The notes under the pieces: model-generated
Seen by the model: only the letters and a program-made list of their open reading frames with translations
Told to the model about the DNA's origin: nothing
The model's database searches: none
Source: Pecten maximus
Lineage: Eukaryota
Assembly (NCBI RefSeq): GCF_902652985.1
Contig: NC_047027.1
Coordinates: forward strand, 24,056,001 to 24,120,000
Direction of reading: 5' to 3'
DNA: 64,000 nucleotides
Program-made: the position numbers and the translations under genes
Part shown: positions 53,020-64,000 of the stretch, in pieces
Layout of the letters: every line of letters begins with the position of its first letter
Numbering within the stretch: position 1 is the stretch's first letter

Positions 53020-53200
53020 TGAGATCTAAAGTACTAAACCAAGTATTGCCACTCAACCTCTCTAGTGTATCATCTATGCGGGGTAATGGGTATGCATCCT
53101 TCCGGGTTACTGTGTTAAGTTTTCTAAAATCAATACAAAATCGACAACTTCCGTCCTTCTTAGTAACCAGACAAACTGGGGATGACCAAGGGCTATCACT
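53020..53200 (-). pseudogene. pol: Reverse transcriptase N-terminal fragment
   Basis: SPWSSPVCLVTKKDGSCRFCIDFRKLNTVTRKDAYPLPRIDDTL...FSTLDL, then deleted; no YxDD, RNase H or integrase. Confidence 0.92.
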
Positions 53201-54188
53201 CTGTCTGCCCAAGAGTTCCACTATCATCTACAAAAATATCCTGGAATTCATGTAAAAGACAAGTCACTGACTCTATCTGTGGCTGGGTCAACTGGCTTGA
53301 ACTCCTGTCGAGTAATGTCTGTAGATGTGTGGGGCACTCTATGTTCGGATCTGAAGTTCCTTGTGGGATGTTACTGGAATCATCGAACCCAACAACCTCA
53401 TCTACTGCATTCACTGTCCCTAAGACTGAATCTGAGGCCAACCTTACACCCTTATCCCCGAGATTAACAACTGATACCACAACCTTGCCTTCTGTAGGTT
53501 GTACAAGACTCCGAGCTATAAATAGACCTTGGTTTCTCCAACTAAGGGTAGGTTCTATAACCCCTATGGTGTTTGTGAAACACCCAGATGTTTTACTTTC
53601 AACAAGTTGTTCGGACTGAGCGGGAACCACAACCTTACTAGATAATCTTATCCTAGCACAGTTGCTAGTCCATTGTTTAAACAGCTTAATCTTGCCTACT
53701 GAGGTCCTGAGGGTCTGTTTACCTATCAACAACTCACAACTGTATTTCTCCAGAAAATTCACACCTAAGATTCCGGGTAGGTTATCAAGGGAAGCAACTA
53801 TAAACCCTTGCTCGAAGGTCAAATTCCCAACTTTGAATGACAAAATTATCTCCCCTTGAACCTCTAAACCTCTACCATCAGCTGCTGTTAGACTGGTGTC
53901 AGCCTTGTGTAGTGATGCGACCGACAATCCTAATCTATGGAACTCCTTAAGTGACAGTATGGACACTGGTGATCCTGAATCAACTAATAGGCTACAAAAC
54001 TGCTCACTAAACCTCACCTCAGCGTACAAACACCCACTACTGGGACTCAAACTGGCCAAAGGAATTTTTGCCGATTCCTGAGTTATCTCCCCTTCCATAG
54101 GTTCCCTACTCTCATTCTGAACTGGCCTAATGTTAGTATCCTTAACGGCTGGAGTCTTGGCCACGATTCCAGCCTCAACTAGTTTAAC
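53196..54188 (-). CDS. pol: Pol N-terminus: retropepsin protease and linker, in the -1 frame relative to gag, truncated by deletion
   Basis: LLVDSGSPVS catalytic motif and GILGVNFL; frame is open back to the gag end. Confidence 0.88.
   Translation of the reverse strand, partial: VKLVEAGIVAKTPAVKDTNIRPVQNESREPMEGEITQESAKIPLASLSPSSGCLYAEVRFSEQFCSLLVDSGSPVSILSLKEFHRLGLSVASLHKADTSLTAADGRGLEVQGEIILSFKVGNLTFEQGFIVASLDNLPGILGVNFLEKYSCELLIGKQTLRTSVGKIKLFKQWTSNCARIRLSSKVVVPAQSEQLVESKTSGCFTNTIGVIEPTLSWRNQGLFIARSLVQPTEGKVVVSVVNLGDKGVRLASDSVLGTVNAVDEVVGFDDSSNIPQGTSDPNIECPTHLQTLLDRSSSQLTQPQIESVTCLLHEFQDIFVDDSGTLGQTE
54123..54188 (-). promoter_or_regulatory. Predicted -1 ribosomal frameshift signal (G-UUA-AAC, 7-nt spacer, stem-loop or pseudoknot)
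   Basis: Heptamer 54188-54182 directly before the gag TAG; stem GGCUGGA/UCCAGCC 54174-54147; loop UGGCC can pair with GGCCA at 54127-54123. Confidence 0.65.
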
Positions 54189-55339
54189 GGACCATTATCT
54201 GACTGTTCTTTAGCCTTTCCGTCTTTAGCAGCTAATTTCGGGCAACTGGCTATCCAATGACCGGGTTTCTTACAATAGTGACACGCACCCTTATCACTAA
54301 CCCTACCAGCTTTGTCATTTCTCTGCGCTAGCTTCTGATCTATCAACTTAGATATAGCCTCTAGAGTTAAGCCACTGGGTTGTTCTCCCTGACTAGAACT
54401 CTCAATAGCCACTACGCTATCAGAATTCTCGACGGGCTTGCGTACCCTATCCCTAACGACAGCTTCGAACTCAGCTGCATATGAGATGGCCTGGTCTAAT
54501 GTCTGCGCATGACTAAAGCTAACCTTCTTCTTCATCTCAAAACTACTCAACCCGTTGATAAATTGATCAACCACCTGTAACTCTAGTGAATTATAGGGTA
54601 CCTGGGGATACGCCTGTAATGCCAACCGTCTAAGTTGGAAACCAAAGTCGGATGCTGACTCATTCTTCCCCTGTTTCCTGTTGCTAAACTCACTCCTGTA
54701 CGCTATTACCCTTTCCTTGGGGTTAAACCTCTGTTCAAGTACTGACTTTAGAGTATAATAATCAGCCAACTGTCCTACAGTAAGATTACTTAGGAGTTTC
54801 TGAGCTGTTCCACGTAAGTTCATACTTAATTGCTGAGCCCGTTCTAATTCAGACCAACCATTCCAAGAGGATACTTGCTCGAAGTGAACTATGTAATCCT
54901 GCCACTCACTAGTTCTACCATCAAATATATCGGGCTGTTTCTCCTTCCTGGGCACCCTAAAACTGTGTGAGGGAGTCATGCGTTTATCGAACCCTGTAAT
55001 ATGGCTTGGAGTCCGATTACCACTGTACACACGCCTGAGGGGTTCTTGAAATATATCACTCACCCTACTAGTGTCCAAGTCTACATTGCCCCTTTGGGAT
55101 GGTAGGGAAGGTAACCTCCTACGTGGGGTCCTAATTGAGCTAACAAGAGGGCTACCTGGTCTGGGAGTCGAGCTACTGCACCTGACTGAATGAGTGGGGG
55201 TACCAGCTACCTGTTTGACATATGTCGGCTGACCTTGACCCACATAGGTCGAACTGTGTAAAGCCCCTTCCATATCTGACAAATCTATATCAGAGAATCT
55301 ATCTAGGCTCCTACGGGCAGTAGCCATTGTCAAAAGCAA
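54179..55339 (-). CDS. gag: Gag (capsid plus CCHC zinc knuckle), intact
   Basis: FDG..EW.DY..HFE..S.WNGWS capsid motif, DQFINGL, CHYCKKPGHWIASC. Confidence 0.93.
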   Translation of the reverse strand: MLLTMATARRSLDRFSDIDLSDMEGALHSSTYVGQGQPTYVKQVAGTPTHSVRCSSSTPRPGSPLVSSIRTPRRRLPSLPSQRGNVDLDTSRVSDIFQEPLRRVYSGNRTPSHITGFDKRMTPSHSFRVPRKEKQPDIFDGRTSEWQDYIVHFEQVSSWNGWSELERAQQLSMNLRGTAQKLLSNLTVGQLADYYTLKSVLEQRFNPKERVIAYRSEFSNRKQGKNESASDFGFQLRRLALQAYPQVPYNSLELQVVDQFINGLSSFEMKKKVSFSHAQTLDQAISYAAEFEAVVRDRVRKPVENSDSVVAIESSSQGEQPSGLTLEAISKLIDQKLAQRNDKAGRVSDKGACHYCKKPGHWIASCPKLAAKDGKAKEQSDNGPLN

Positions 55340-55430
55340 ACAAAAATTTGAAAAAATCTATAAAAATGATAAAGTATAACTTTTATCTCAAAAATGTATA
55401 TAAACAGTAATCATTTCAGAATACTATGCC

Positions 55431-55448
55431 ATCCTGGTCACGGCACCA
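55431..55448 (-). promoter_or_regulatory. Primer-binding site complementary to the tRNA-His 3' end
   Basis: TGGTGCCGTGACCAGGAT, 7 nt inside the 5' LTR boundary. Confidence 0.85.
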
Positions 55449-55455
55449 AAAGGTT

Positions 55456-56747
55456 TGTAGTAGGGCAGTGAGCAATGCCACGAGAGGATGTCACCTCGAC
55501 TCGCGTTGTGTTCTGATTGGAATGTCAAATGGTTTCAACCGGTGACACCCAGTCATGTAATGCCCAGGTTCAATTTGCCAATGGCATAGACGTGAAATGA
55601 TGACTACAAGAGTGTAGTAAATTTAACAGGTTTATTAATATAAAGATGATATATGAAATATGTACAATGAAGTAGCTAGCTGTAGGGCCCTAATCCATAT
55701 CCAATAGGGCATGTGCCCATTATCACCAGAAATATATACAAACGTAAATGAACAACAGAATATAAACAACTAAAACTACACTCTGCTGTTTACATTATAC
55801 TTAGAAATGATAATGCTATGGTATGGCATTAACTGGTGGGCCCTGGATAAACATTACTAACAAATATAGCTACAGATATACTAACATAAAGTCCACCCCC
55901 CTGTATAAAGTTGTCTACCTTGCATTGTCTCAGCAAGGGCAGACGTGTATGTATAAAAACCACCCAAACTCCCAAACTACAACAACAACCCTACATATAA
56001 ATGAAACTATAGCATACTGAAACTGTCAACAGACTACAATCGTTTTTACAAGTGAAGCTACCACATTCCGCTGGCGGAACGATAGGTAGTCCTAACTAGA
56101 TATTTGAACATGCCGCAGCTGACAAACTAACACTGAGGTATAGATAAACAAAGCTGCCGCATTCCGCTGACGGAACGAAAGGTAGCTACGAGAGCATAAT
56201 GATAAACCACCCCCAACCCAGAAGTAAGCTAACCAATAGAGAAAGAGCCCAACATTCCGCTGACGGAACGGTATACCTACTACATAGCTAACTATCGAAT
56301 ACTTAACTACATCCCGCTGACGGGACGGTAAATTAGGGAGGCTTTCCTCACCTGTATAACTACAGAAGCGGTCTAGAAGTATAGAGAGAACTGACCCCGG
56401 GTCGACAAAGCTTTATATATTGACGAGAATAGTCTCCAACCTAGTGATACCATAAACAAATCCTACAAGTCAAACGATTGGTCCCCGGGTAACCGGATGA
56501 CCAATTAGAAACGGCCTTACAAATAAGACCACTTCCGCCAGCATGGCGGCGAAGTAGGCATAACAAACAAGCGACAAGCGCACTGCAACAAAATACCGGG
56601 ATTATATGGCATAATAACACCCGGCACAACAAAAATGGAACCAAAAGGTAACAAACTATTCCCCCTACATGTCTAATACGATGACACGACCAAACAAAGT
56701 GGTAAATTTCCTAATTTAATAACTTATTAAAAACCGATTCCGCCACA
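55456..56747 (-). repeat. 5' LTR (1292 bp)
   Basis: TG...CA termini, minus-strand TATA (~56412-56418) and AATAAA (~55631-55636). Confidence 0.95.
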
Positions 56748-58262
56748 CTCCAATGAGAACCCTTGCCTGAAACAGAAATCTCGATTGTAAACACGTGGGT
56801 CGACGGTGCATTTTTAAATGTCTCCTTATAATGAGATAGGTTTGAATTGTATTTTCCTGTACAACATTTTTATTTGGTTTTATTTGCAAAACGTGTTTGC
56901 GTTTTAATACATGTAATTTTACTTTACAAATAATGCCTGGAGATCTTCTCTTTGAAATATGATATAGTGAGTGTGTCCTATGCGACTTGACGTTCTGGTT
57001 GTAACTCGGGTATGACTAAGAATTGTATGGCAGATATCATCGATGAAATTTTCCAGAGACCCTGAATCAACTCTCCCGTTACTTTTTCAAGAGCCCCAAA
57101 TTAAACCTGAATTTTTGTTGATAATTCGCCCTCGTTAAATTGATGATCAATTTGAATTATGGTCCCGTTATTACATGTATGTCGGTATTCTGTGTTGATA
57201 TTGCATAAGATGTTTAAAATATGATATATTTTATCTTGTTCGGATATATCCTGCCTTCATTTCAAATTGATTGAAGTTCATACTTGGCAGGATTTGTTAT
57301 CATGACATTTGTTTTAGAAGTGATGAAATTCTGTGTATTCATTTCCTTGTTTTAAACAGTGAAAATTACGGCACTATACCAACAAGATATACTGTAGCAT
57401 ATTTCACAAGTTGTTTATTGAAAATGGCCGCTGCAATAGTTTCGTATTTTCATTAAGCCATGTTTTGTTGTTATAATGACGCGTCCTAATCTGTTTTATC
57501 AGTGAATTAAGAGCGGAATTTTTTTTAATAATTCAAAATATTTTGATGTTTATATCAGATGCTGCTGAAGTAATTGCCTTGTTTTCTGTATAGCACACAT
57601 CATAGTCGATTAAGTGTCTATGTAACCAATAAAATGTAGTTATTTATTGCATTTTTGCCAGTGAAATATATAAATTTATCATTCTAATAAAGCTTAAATT
57701 TTCACTTCAGCGATGAGCAGTGAAAAGATAAGATTTTGCAGTGAAAATATAAGTTTGTCGTTTTTGACCAATCAGAGTGAACCTTTTTAACCGTCATTTT
57801 CTTCCTGACAACCCTGTTTCATATGAGTCAGGTGTTCAAATTTTTGGACAGATCCTGAATTTACTGTATTTAATTCTTGACGAATTCTTTGATTCGAGCA
57901 ATTAGTAATTTTATATCCCCCTCCTTCAGTGTCATTTTTCCAGATAGGTGGCGTTGTGGTCGAGTAGCGCACGTGCTTGTGTTCAGCGATAGTCGCTCCG
58001 ACATTGCACATTGGTTTTTGTTTTTGATTCAATATATATAAATCTAAATGATATTCATTTAGGTGATTTATTGGAAATTTACGATTTATAGAATTTGTAT
58101 AGAATGATATTAGATGGGATATTAGAAAATTTAGCTGTGCGAGTGAGTTGATGACATTGTACATATCTGTCGACGATTATGCGCTCCTTATCAATAAATA
58201 CTATTATTGTTATTCAAGTGTTGAGTCTTTCCTGTCAGAGGGTTGGGTATTGGAGGGAATTC

Positions 58263-58572
58263 CTGTAAACCCAGAGGGGTATCGGTGGATACTAAGGTGA
58301 GTGGATATGGAAGTATTACTGTAAACCCAGAGGGGTATCGGTGGATACTAGGATGACGGGATATGGAAGTATTACTGTAAACCCAGAGGGGTATCGGTGG
58401 ATACTAAGGTGAGAGGATATGGAAGTATTACTGTAAACCCAGGGGGTATCGATGGATATTAGGGTGAGGGGATATGGAAGTATTACTGTAAACCCAGAGG
58501 GGTATCGATGGATACTGGTTTAAGGAGGTAGGTAAATACCCCTGTAAATCTATATAGACCGAGGGGTATCGA
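58263..58572. repeat. 56-bp minisatellite, ~5 copies
   Basis: Unit CTGTAAACCCAGAGGGGTATCGGTGGATACTAAGGTGAGTGGATATGGAAGTATTA. Confidence 0.92.
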
Positions 58573-59634
58573 TATTTCGAGTTCTAGTAACATTTTATTA
58601 TGTCCGCGCTACATTTCGATAATTTTTGGACGTGACAGGGTGTGCGCTCTGGTGAATTGATTATCCAGCCGCGAACAAGGAAGATTATGAAGATGTATTC
58701 GGTCAGGGCTACATTCTATTTATAGACACCTAGAATTGTATTCATATCGACATCATACTTTCGCTAGCATCTTTAACTGTAGCTGGAAGCATTTTATTTC
58801 AAATTTCCCGTCTCATCTCTATGCATCCTATCAGTTTACCCACGAACACAACCTCTCTTTTTAAAACCCATCAGTCTTTTAAGTACGTCTCTATGGCTCG
58901 GAATGTCTCATTGATTTTGAACGTATACATCGCATTAGGTAAGATTTTACAACTGTAAATAAGTCGTGTCATCACTATTATCAATCGATATATGCAAGAA
59001 GTATTTGCATAAGTTGCAGGCGGTACTTTGGTAGAACATTAGTCTGCGGGGTTTGACGACCAGAATTCGATACGCGTCGATGTTATATTTTATTCATTAG
59101 AAAAATCCTACACACCATCATAAGAACCTTTCGTTCAGTATCTTACTGAAATTTCAGTATAGGTTGTAATTTTGATCAATGTCTTTTTTATAAAACAGGT
59201 TGTATTTTGAAAGTAAAAGATTTCTAAAAGATTGCACTTTGGAGCTAAAAAGCTCTGATAAGTTGTTTTTTAATCATTTGTCCTATTTTGTCTACAATTG
59301 TCCTCATATCTGCCTCATTTTTGTCCTCGTTTGTGTTAAATTTGTCATCGCTTTTCATTTTGTCTTAATCTAATCAAATTTTGTCAACATGTCAAGCATA
59401 ACTATAATATAGTTCAATAATGAATGATTCTGCGTAATGCTTAACGCTGATTTGTCCATTTTTTTCTTTTTTGTCATCAATTCTCCTCCTTTTATTTTCA
59501 TTTGTCGTTTTAATGATTTCCCAGATAACTTGTAACGGATGTTGTATTATTGATGGAGATGTGTATGTCATATTTCGTTATGACTAGATTTAAATGTACT
59601 TTAGATACAAACAGAAAAAATGATTCCGCCGCCG

Positions 59635-59845
59635 GTGCGTATCGAACGCGCCACGACCGAAGCCAGCGACAATGCTTGTCGAACGAACGCGCCACGAACG
59701 AATCCAGCGCCAATTCGTAACGAACGCGTCACTTCGAAGTCTAGCTTCAATGCATATCGAACGCGCCACGAATGAATCCAGCGACAATGCCTATCGAATC
59801 CACAGTCCGATATGTATCGAACCTGCACTCTCCGAGTCCAGCACC
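59635..59845. repeat. CpG-rich degenerate tandem motif (GAACGCGCCACGAACGAATCCAGCGACAATGC)
   Basis: 3-4 recurring units; accounts for the overlapping ORFs at 59510-59983. Confidence 0.65.
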
Positions 59846-60518
59846 TTATATACTCTACCTCTGATGCTTACTCTGCCGTTTGAAAAAATAACAAATCATT
59901 TAAATGCTAACATTTTCGTAAATCTTACCAAAATAAACGACGTTGAAAATCAACTCAAATATCTTCTCTCCCTTCAAAGTTAATAATAGAATCATTTTCG
60001 TCATTGAAAAAAACACACTTAAACATCTCTTCATTCGTCATCTTCGACTTCCTTCGGGCGGACAGCCATTAACACAGCATTGCCTACGACAAAGGTGTAC
60101 TTTACTCACTACCGTAGTCACGTGGTCTCAGACAAAGAAATCTTTATCCAGCCGTTACACATGTATGTATATATACGTCTTGTGTATTTACAGAGATTAT
60201 TTTCGAATAAATATGCTGAGATAACCTTTAACAATGGAGTTCTTGTCTTGTTGTGAGAAAACGAGAACTGTTACACTATCACACTTATACCACTCGCCAT
60301 CGTTTACATTACACATTTACACTACAAACATAACGTATAAAATAAACCAAATGCTTGTCATCAACTGGGGGATAAACAGATCTTGATTATCCTAAGAAGA
60401 AGTCAACATGTCTATCGTGTAAATAAAATGCGTATTACTTTCCACGGTGTAGTTGCTATATGAGTATGTAGATAGTCGCCCTGACCATTTGTTGAAGAAT
60501 CGTCCCCAGACAAACATC

Positions 60519-63500
60519 ATGGCTGGCCTTGTCCCTATCCTTGTTGGTATGCTGATATTATGCTTCCATAATGCGAGAAGCGCATCAACCGTCAGCACGG
60601 ACCAATCCTCGATGACAATAGAGCAGCGAGTTACAACGCTGGAAAGAACAATTCAGGGACTTCAAACCCAGAATCAGCAATTAGTGGATTGTGTGATGAA
60701 CATATCGTCAGACAATTTCGAAACTGTCAAGTGCGCCAAGAGCATCGTCACAGCAGGCCTCTCTTGTGAGTGATATTTTATTTAACTTGTTTACTATACT
60801 TTAATTTCTAGGTTCAGTTACATACAAGATACTTGTTAGTATACATCGTTTTCGCTAGTGATAGACGGGTATGGGATCTCTCAACGTATCGAAAATGCCG
60901 CGCGCAAATCGTAAATCTGCTTCTGTACAACATAACAGTGAGATTTAATACAGCCTTCGATTGATTCTACGATATGAAAAAAAATACGGAATGTGTATAA
61001 CGACGAATGTATAAATTTCGATCAACATTAAAATGATGTAACCTGAACTCCTGTCTGTATCAAGTGCAAAAATAAGCTCTGCCTATCTGCATATATCTTC
61101 ACAGATAGATGCTGCATATTTAAATGAAACTACTTTTCGTAGGGTACACATATACTAAGTATCTGAAGCAAGTCTTCTGCATCGTCGGATATGTCTAATA
61201 GTGTGTGTAGCCACAAGAACGTGTTTCACCACGTTATCGATAACAAAGAAATGTGAAGACTGGGACAAATCAATTATAGTTAGTTCGTTAAAACTATTAA
61301 ACATACACGTAGTTCATTTGAAATGTATAATAACCCTTGTAACAAGGATATCACTGGCCCCTATGTATGATAACAGCCAGCTGTGGGTCAGGGAACAATC
61401 GCAGAATAAAAGAATTCACTTTCATTGAAGGATTCATTGTATATTTTGTTGCTTGCATGTATTGATGAAGGGAAGTAAACCTCGTTCAAATGGAGTGATG
61501 AGGAAATAATTAATGTACCATTTGTATGAGGTTCACTTCCATTAATCAGTCCATGCAAGGAAATAATAAAAAAAAAAAATCAATGCTTATATTTTCGTTG
61601 ACCAATTTATAACTCCCGCCATCAGATTGCAAAATTCGATCGCAACGGTATGACCATCGCCGGTATTTCACTGTTCTAACGCTTATTGATAGAGGCTATG
61701 GGACAATTGGTACACTTTTCGTCGTTTCTCGACGACGATGATGATGATGATGATGATGATGGTAGGGTGTCAGTTTGCTAGATTTAACATTTTGTTTATA
61801 CCAGTCTCTTTTGTGTTGTCAAAAAGTGTTAAAATTATGTCACAGCTAAAATGATATCCAGTATATCAAATTGGAGATACACCATATGTTTACAAAAATA
61901 GATCGGCTGTGTAAACAGTGAATGTATTCACACGCAGGAGAAATGTGATTCGCTTCAGGCGACCTAAAATCAAGTGATCTTAGTTTACTTGTTGAGTTAG
62001 GTAGTGAAAACTATCACGGCCTTGCATTTTCCCTATATATTGCATGGTCATATTTCAAGGAGCCCCTTTAAAATATAAAAACGTGCAAGACATCATTTCG
62101 GAGCAGTTTCAACTTGGAGTAGATTAGTTATGAATAACGGAACACTCGGACGGGTGTCTGACTTCGGTGCATTTAGTAGAAATGCTGTTAATGTCAAAAA
62201 GATGATCAATCTAACGCGTTAACATTGAACGTGTTAAACACATTTAACGCGTTATATATAGGATAAATGCTTTCTTGGCATGTAAAGCGTAAAATGTTGA
62301 CTCTTTTATAACGCGATACATGCAGTTCGATCAGGTTCATAACTATTTCAACGCGTTAAAAAACACTATCAGATTGACCAATCAGTTACAGCCCCTTATC
62401 AACATTCGGATGAAGGATATCTTTATTGAAGCTGAAGTGAAATTCTACCGCATTCAATGTTACTCTCCAAAACAAACCTATAGAAACCAACATTCACCCT
62501 TTTAAATATTTAGGTAACAGTGTGCAGTAAAAATGTCCAATTATGGAAAAATATGGCACATGTCTTTAGATATGTAAACACTGCCAGTTAACCCTATATA
62601 TAACCTCTAATAAAGTATATATATTTGTAATCTGTACAACATTTGCAATTTTAATACAACTCTGAAGGATAAGTAAACTGATATTTTCTGTGATTTTTAG
62701 AGGTGTGAATACCATGGTAACAGCTTAAAAAATGCTCAAAACTTGCCAAATATTATGATATTTCACCCAAAATGACACAATTCTCTACACATTTTTTTTC
62801 TGAAACCTATCTAAAATTAAATATCCCTATCCCAAAGACAGAATTAATATTGTTTTGACATATGTTGTAAATTAAGTTTTTCCGCTATCTCACCTTTTCT
62901 GTGGGCTTCCATTTTTCGCTGTAGGCTAAACTAAATTTCCTATGCAAACACACTTTCGGAAAATCCGGAAATTTAAAATCCGGAACCAAATTATTAATTT
63001 TTGTTTTAACAAATGTGAAGCCTGTATGTACTACTTCATACTGAATATACCAATTATAGTGTACATTTATTTTTTTCATTTCTTATGCCTACCATAATAC
63101 AGGAGTTATTTGCTTAACACAAAAATTGCCCTTGGCCAGGCTGTCCTACTATAAATACAATGGTTTCTTTCTAACAAAGGTATGAGTATGGTATTTAGTG
63201 CTATTTCTAGAAAGATTTGAATTGTTGCTTTTTTATTTATTTTTTTTATTTTTTTTTATTTTTTTTTTTCTTGGATGAAAAATATTTTTCTACTTTGGTC
63301 ATATTTAAAAATGATTTAGTAGTTGGGTTGAACTGTGTTAAAAACTTCCTTTAGGCAAGTTGAGATTTCTTATGAATTCATGTCCATTTGTATTTACAGT
63401 CGGGAGAGCTGTGATGTTCTTCGCCCAGCTTTCCCATACGTTATCCAACGTAGCCGTAGAACAGGGGATTGTGTTTGACACCGTTGTGACAAATGTTGGG

Positions 63501-63800
63501 GATTGCTACAGTGGTCACACGGGTGCCTTTACTTGCTGCAAGTCTGGCACGTATTTATTCTCCTGGACAATTATCACATCAGGAGGACAGCGCGTCAACA
63601 CGGAACTGATGATGAATAGTTCATCCATAGCTACAAACCGTGCAGGTGACCAAAACTATCATGCCACCGGAAGTATGTCGGCTGTGATTCATTTGCATAT
63701 CGGTGATGAGGTATGGATCAGAGTCAAGTATCGTGTTCCAGCTAACACATATATCCTCGGGGAAAAAACGTCATCTTTCACCGGAGTTCTTATACATTGA
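60519..63800 (+). CDS. Secreted C1q-domain-containing protein (signal peptide, coiled coil, globular C1q), 215 aa; exons 60519-60765 and 63400-63800
   Basis: Phase-1 GT-AG intron; MAGLVPILVGMLILCF signal; heptads IEQRVTTLERTIQGLQTQNQQL; gC1q motifs VMFFAQL, IVFDTVVTNVGDCY...TGAFTC..SGTYLFSW, GSMSAVIHLHIGDEVWI, SSFTGVLI*. Confidence 0.93.
61426..61955. mobile_element. Hairpin-ended element, short copy, in the C1q intron
   Basis: Shares the palindromic left end and the right end with 49800-51115. Confidence 0.6.
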
Positions 63801-64000
63801 TCACGTTCCATGACGCCTGGTTAGTTCCGGATATCTTGACATACCTATTATAAAATGGACATTATGATATCTCTGAGAGTCTTACAAACTTTGTTCTGAT
63901 TATATATCGGGTTATACAATATGAAAGTGCATTGTGTATAGCTTGATGCTTATAAATGAGCGTACATATTGCATTGTATTTATCATACGAGACAAAGATC

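Larger units (their letters stand above)
51763..56747 (-). mobile_element. Ty3/Gypsy LTR retrotransposon, internally deleted (non-autonomous), recent
   Basis: LTRs 51763-52902 and 55456-56747 with TG...CA ends, TSD CTCC (51759-51762, 56748-56751), PBS, PPT (52903-52913), gag-PR-RT order. Confidence 0.97.

Noticed and set aside
53182-54081. Plus-strand ORFs over pol
   Set aside because: Antisense shadows of the pol reading frame
58263-58572. Regularly spaced repeats resembling a CRISPR array (also 41561-42006 and 39190-39545)
   Set aside because: Head-to-tail units without unique spacers, no cas genes, eukaryotic context

Overview
AT-rich, intron-containing, repeat-dense animal DNA. It is probably a bivalve mollusc, inferred from secreted globular-head C1q genes, V-domain tRNA-SINEs and pearl/HINE-type repeats. 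Most of the ORF track is noise; the real genes appear only when exons are joined by hand through GT-AG sites and phases. (1) Minus strand 6660-10793: a 4-exon gene, absent from the ORF track, for a 95-aa secreted peptide. It has a signal peptide, two micro-exons (36 and 24 nt) derived from one intronic tandem duplication, and one CBM14/peritrophin-A chitin-binding domain. (2) Plus strand 20604-45388: 25 phase-consistent exons (~1210 codons, no stop) encoding three YWTD beta-propellers with EGF-type spacers, a Sushi/CCP module and a C-terminal glycine-rich domain of the type seen in phage tail and bacterial surface proteins. No LDL-A repeat, transmembrane segment or cytoplasmic tail was found, and the start exon is unresolved. 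This is the best candidate for an undescribed system. (3) A tandem pair of secreted C1q-domain genes, one dead (SINE inside the coding exon plus frameshifts, 47079-48862) and one intact (60519-63800). Between them is a young, internally deleted Gypsy element (51763-56747) with near-identical LTRs, CTCC TSD, tRNA-His PBS, intact gag-protease and a predicted -1 frameshift signal. The rest is a decayed CR1-type LINE, a mariner relic, solo-LTR-like elements, MITEs, hairpin-ended elements and minisatellites. All calls are by eye; no database searches were run.
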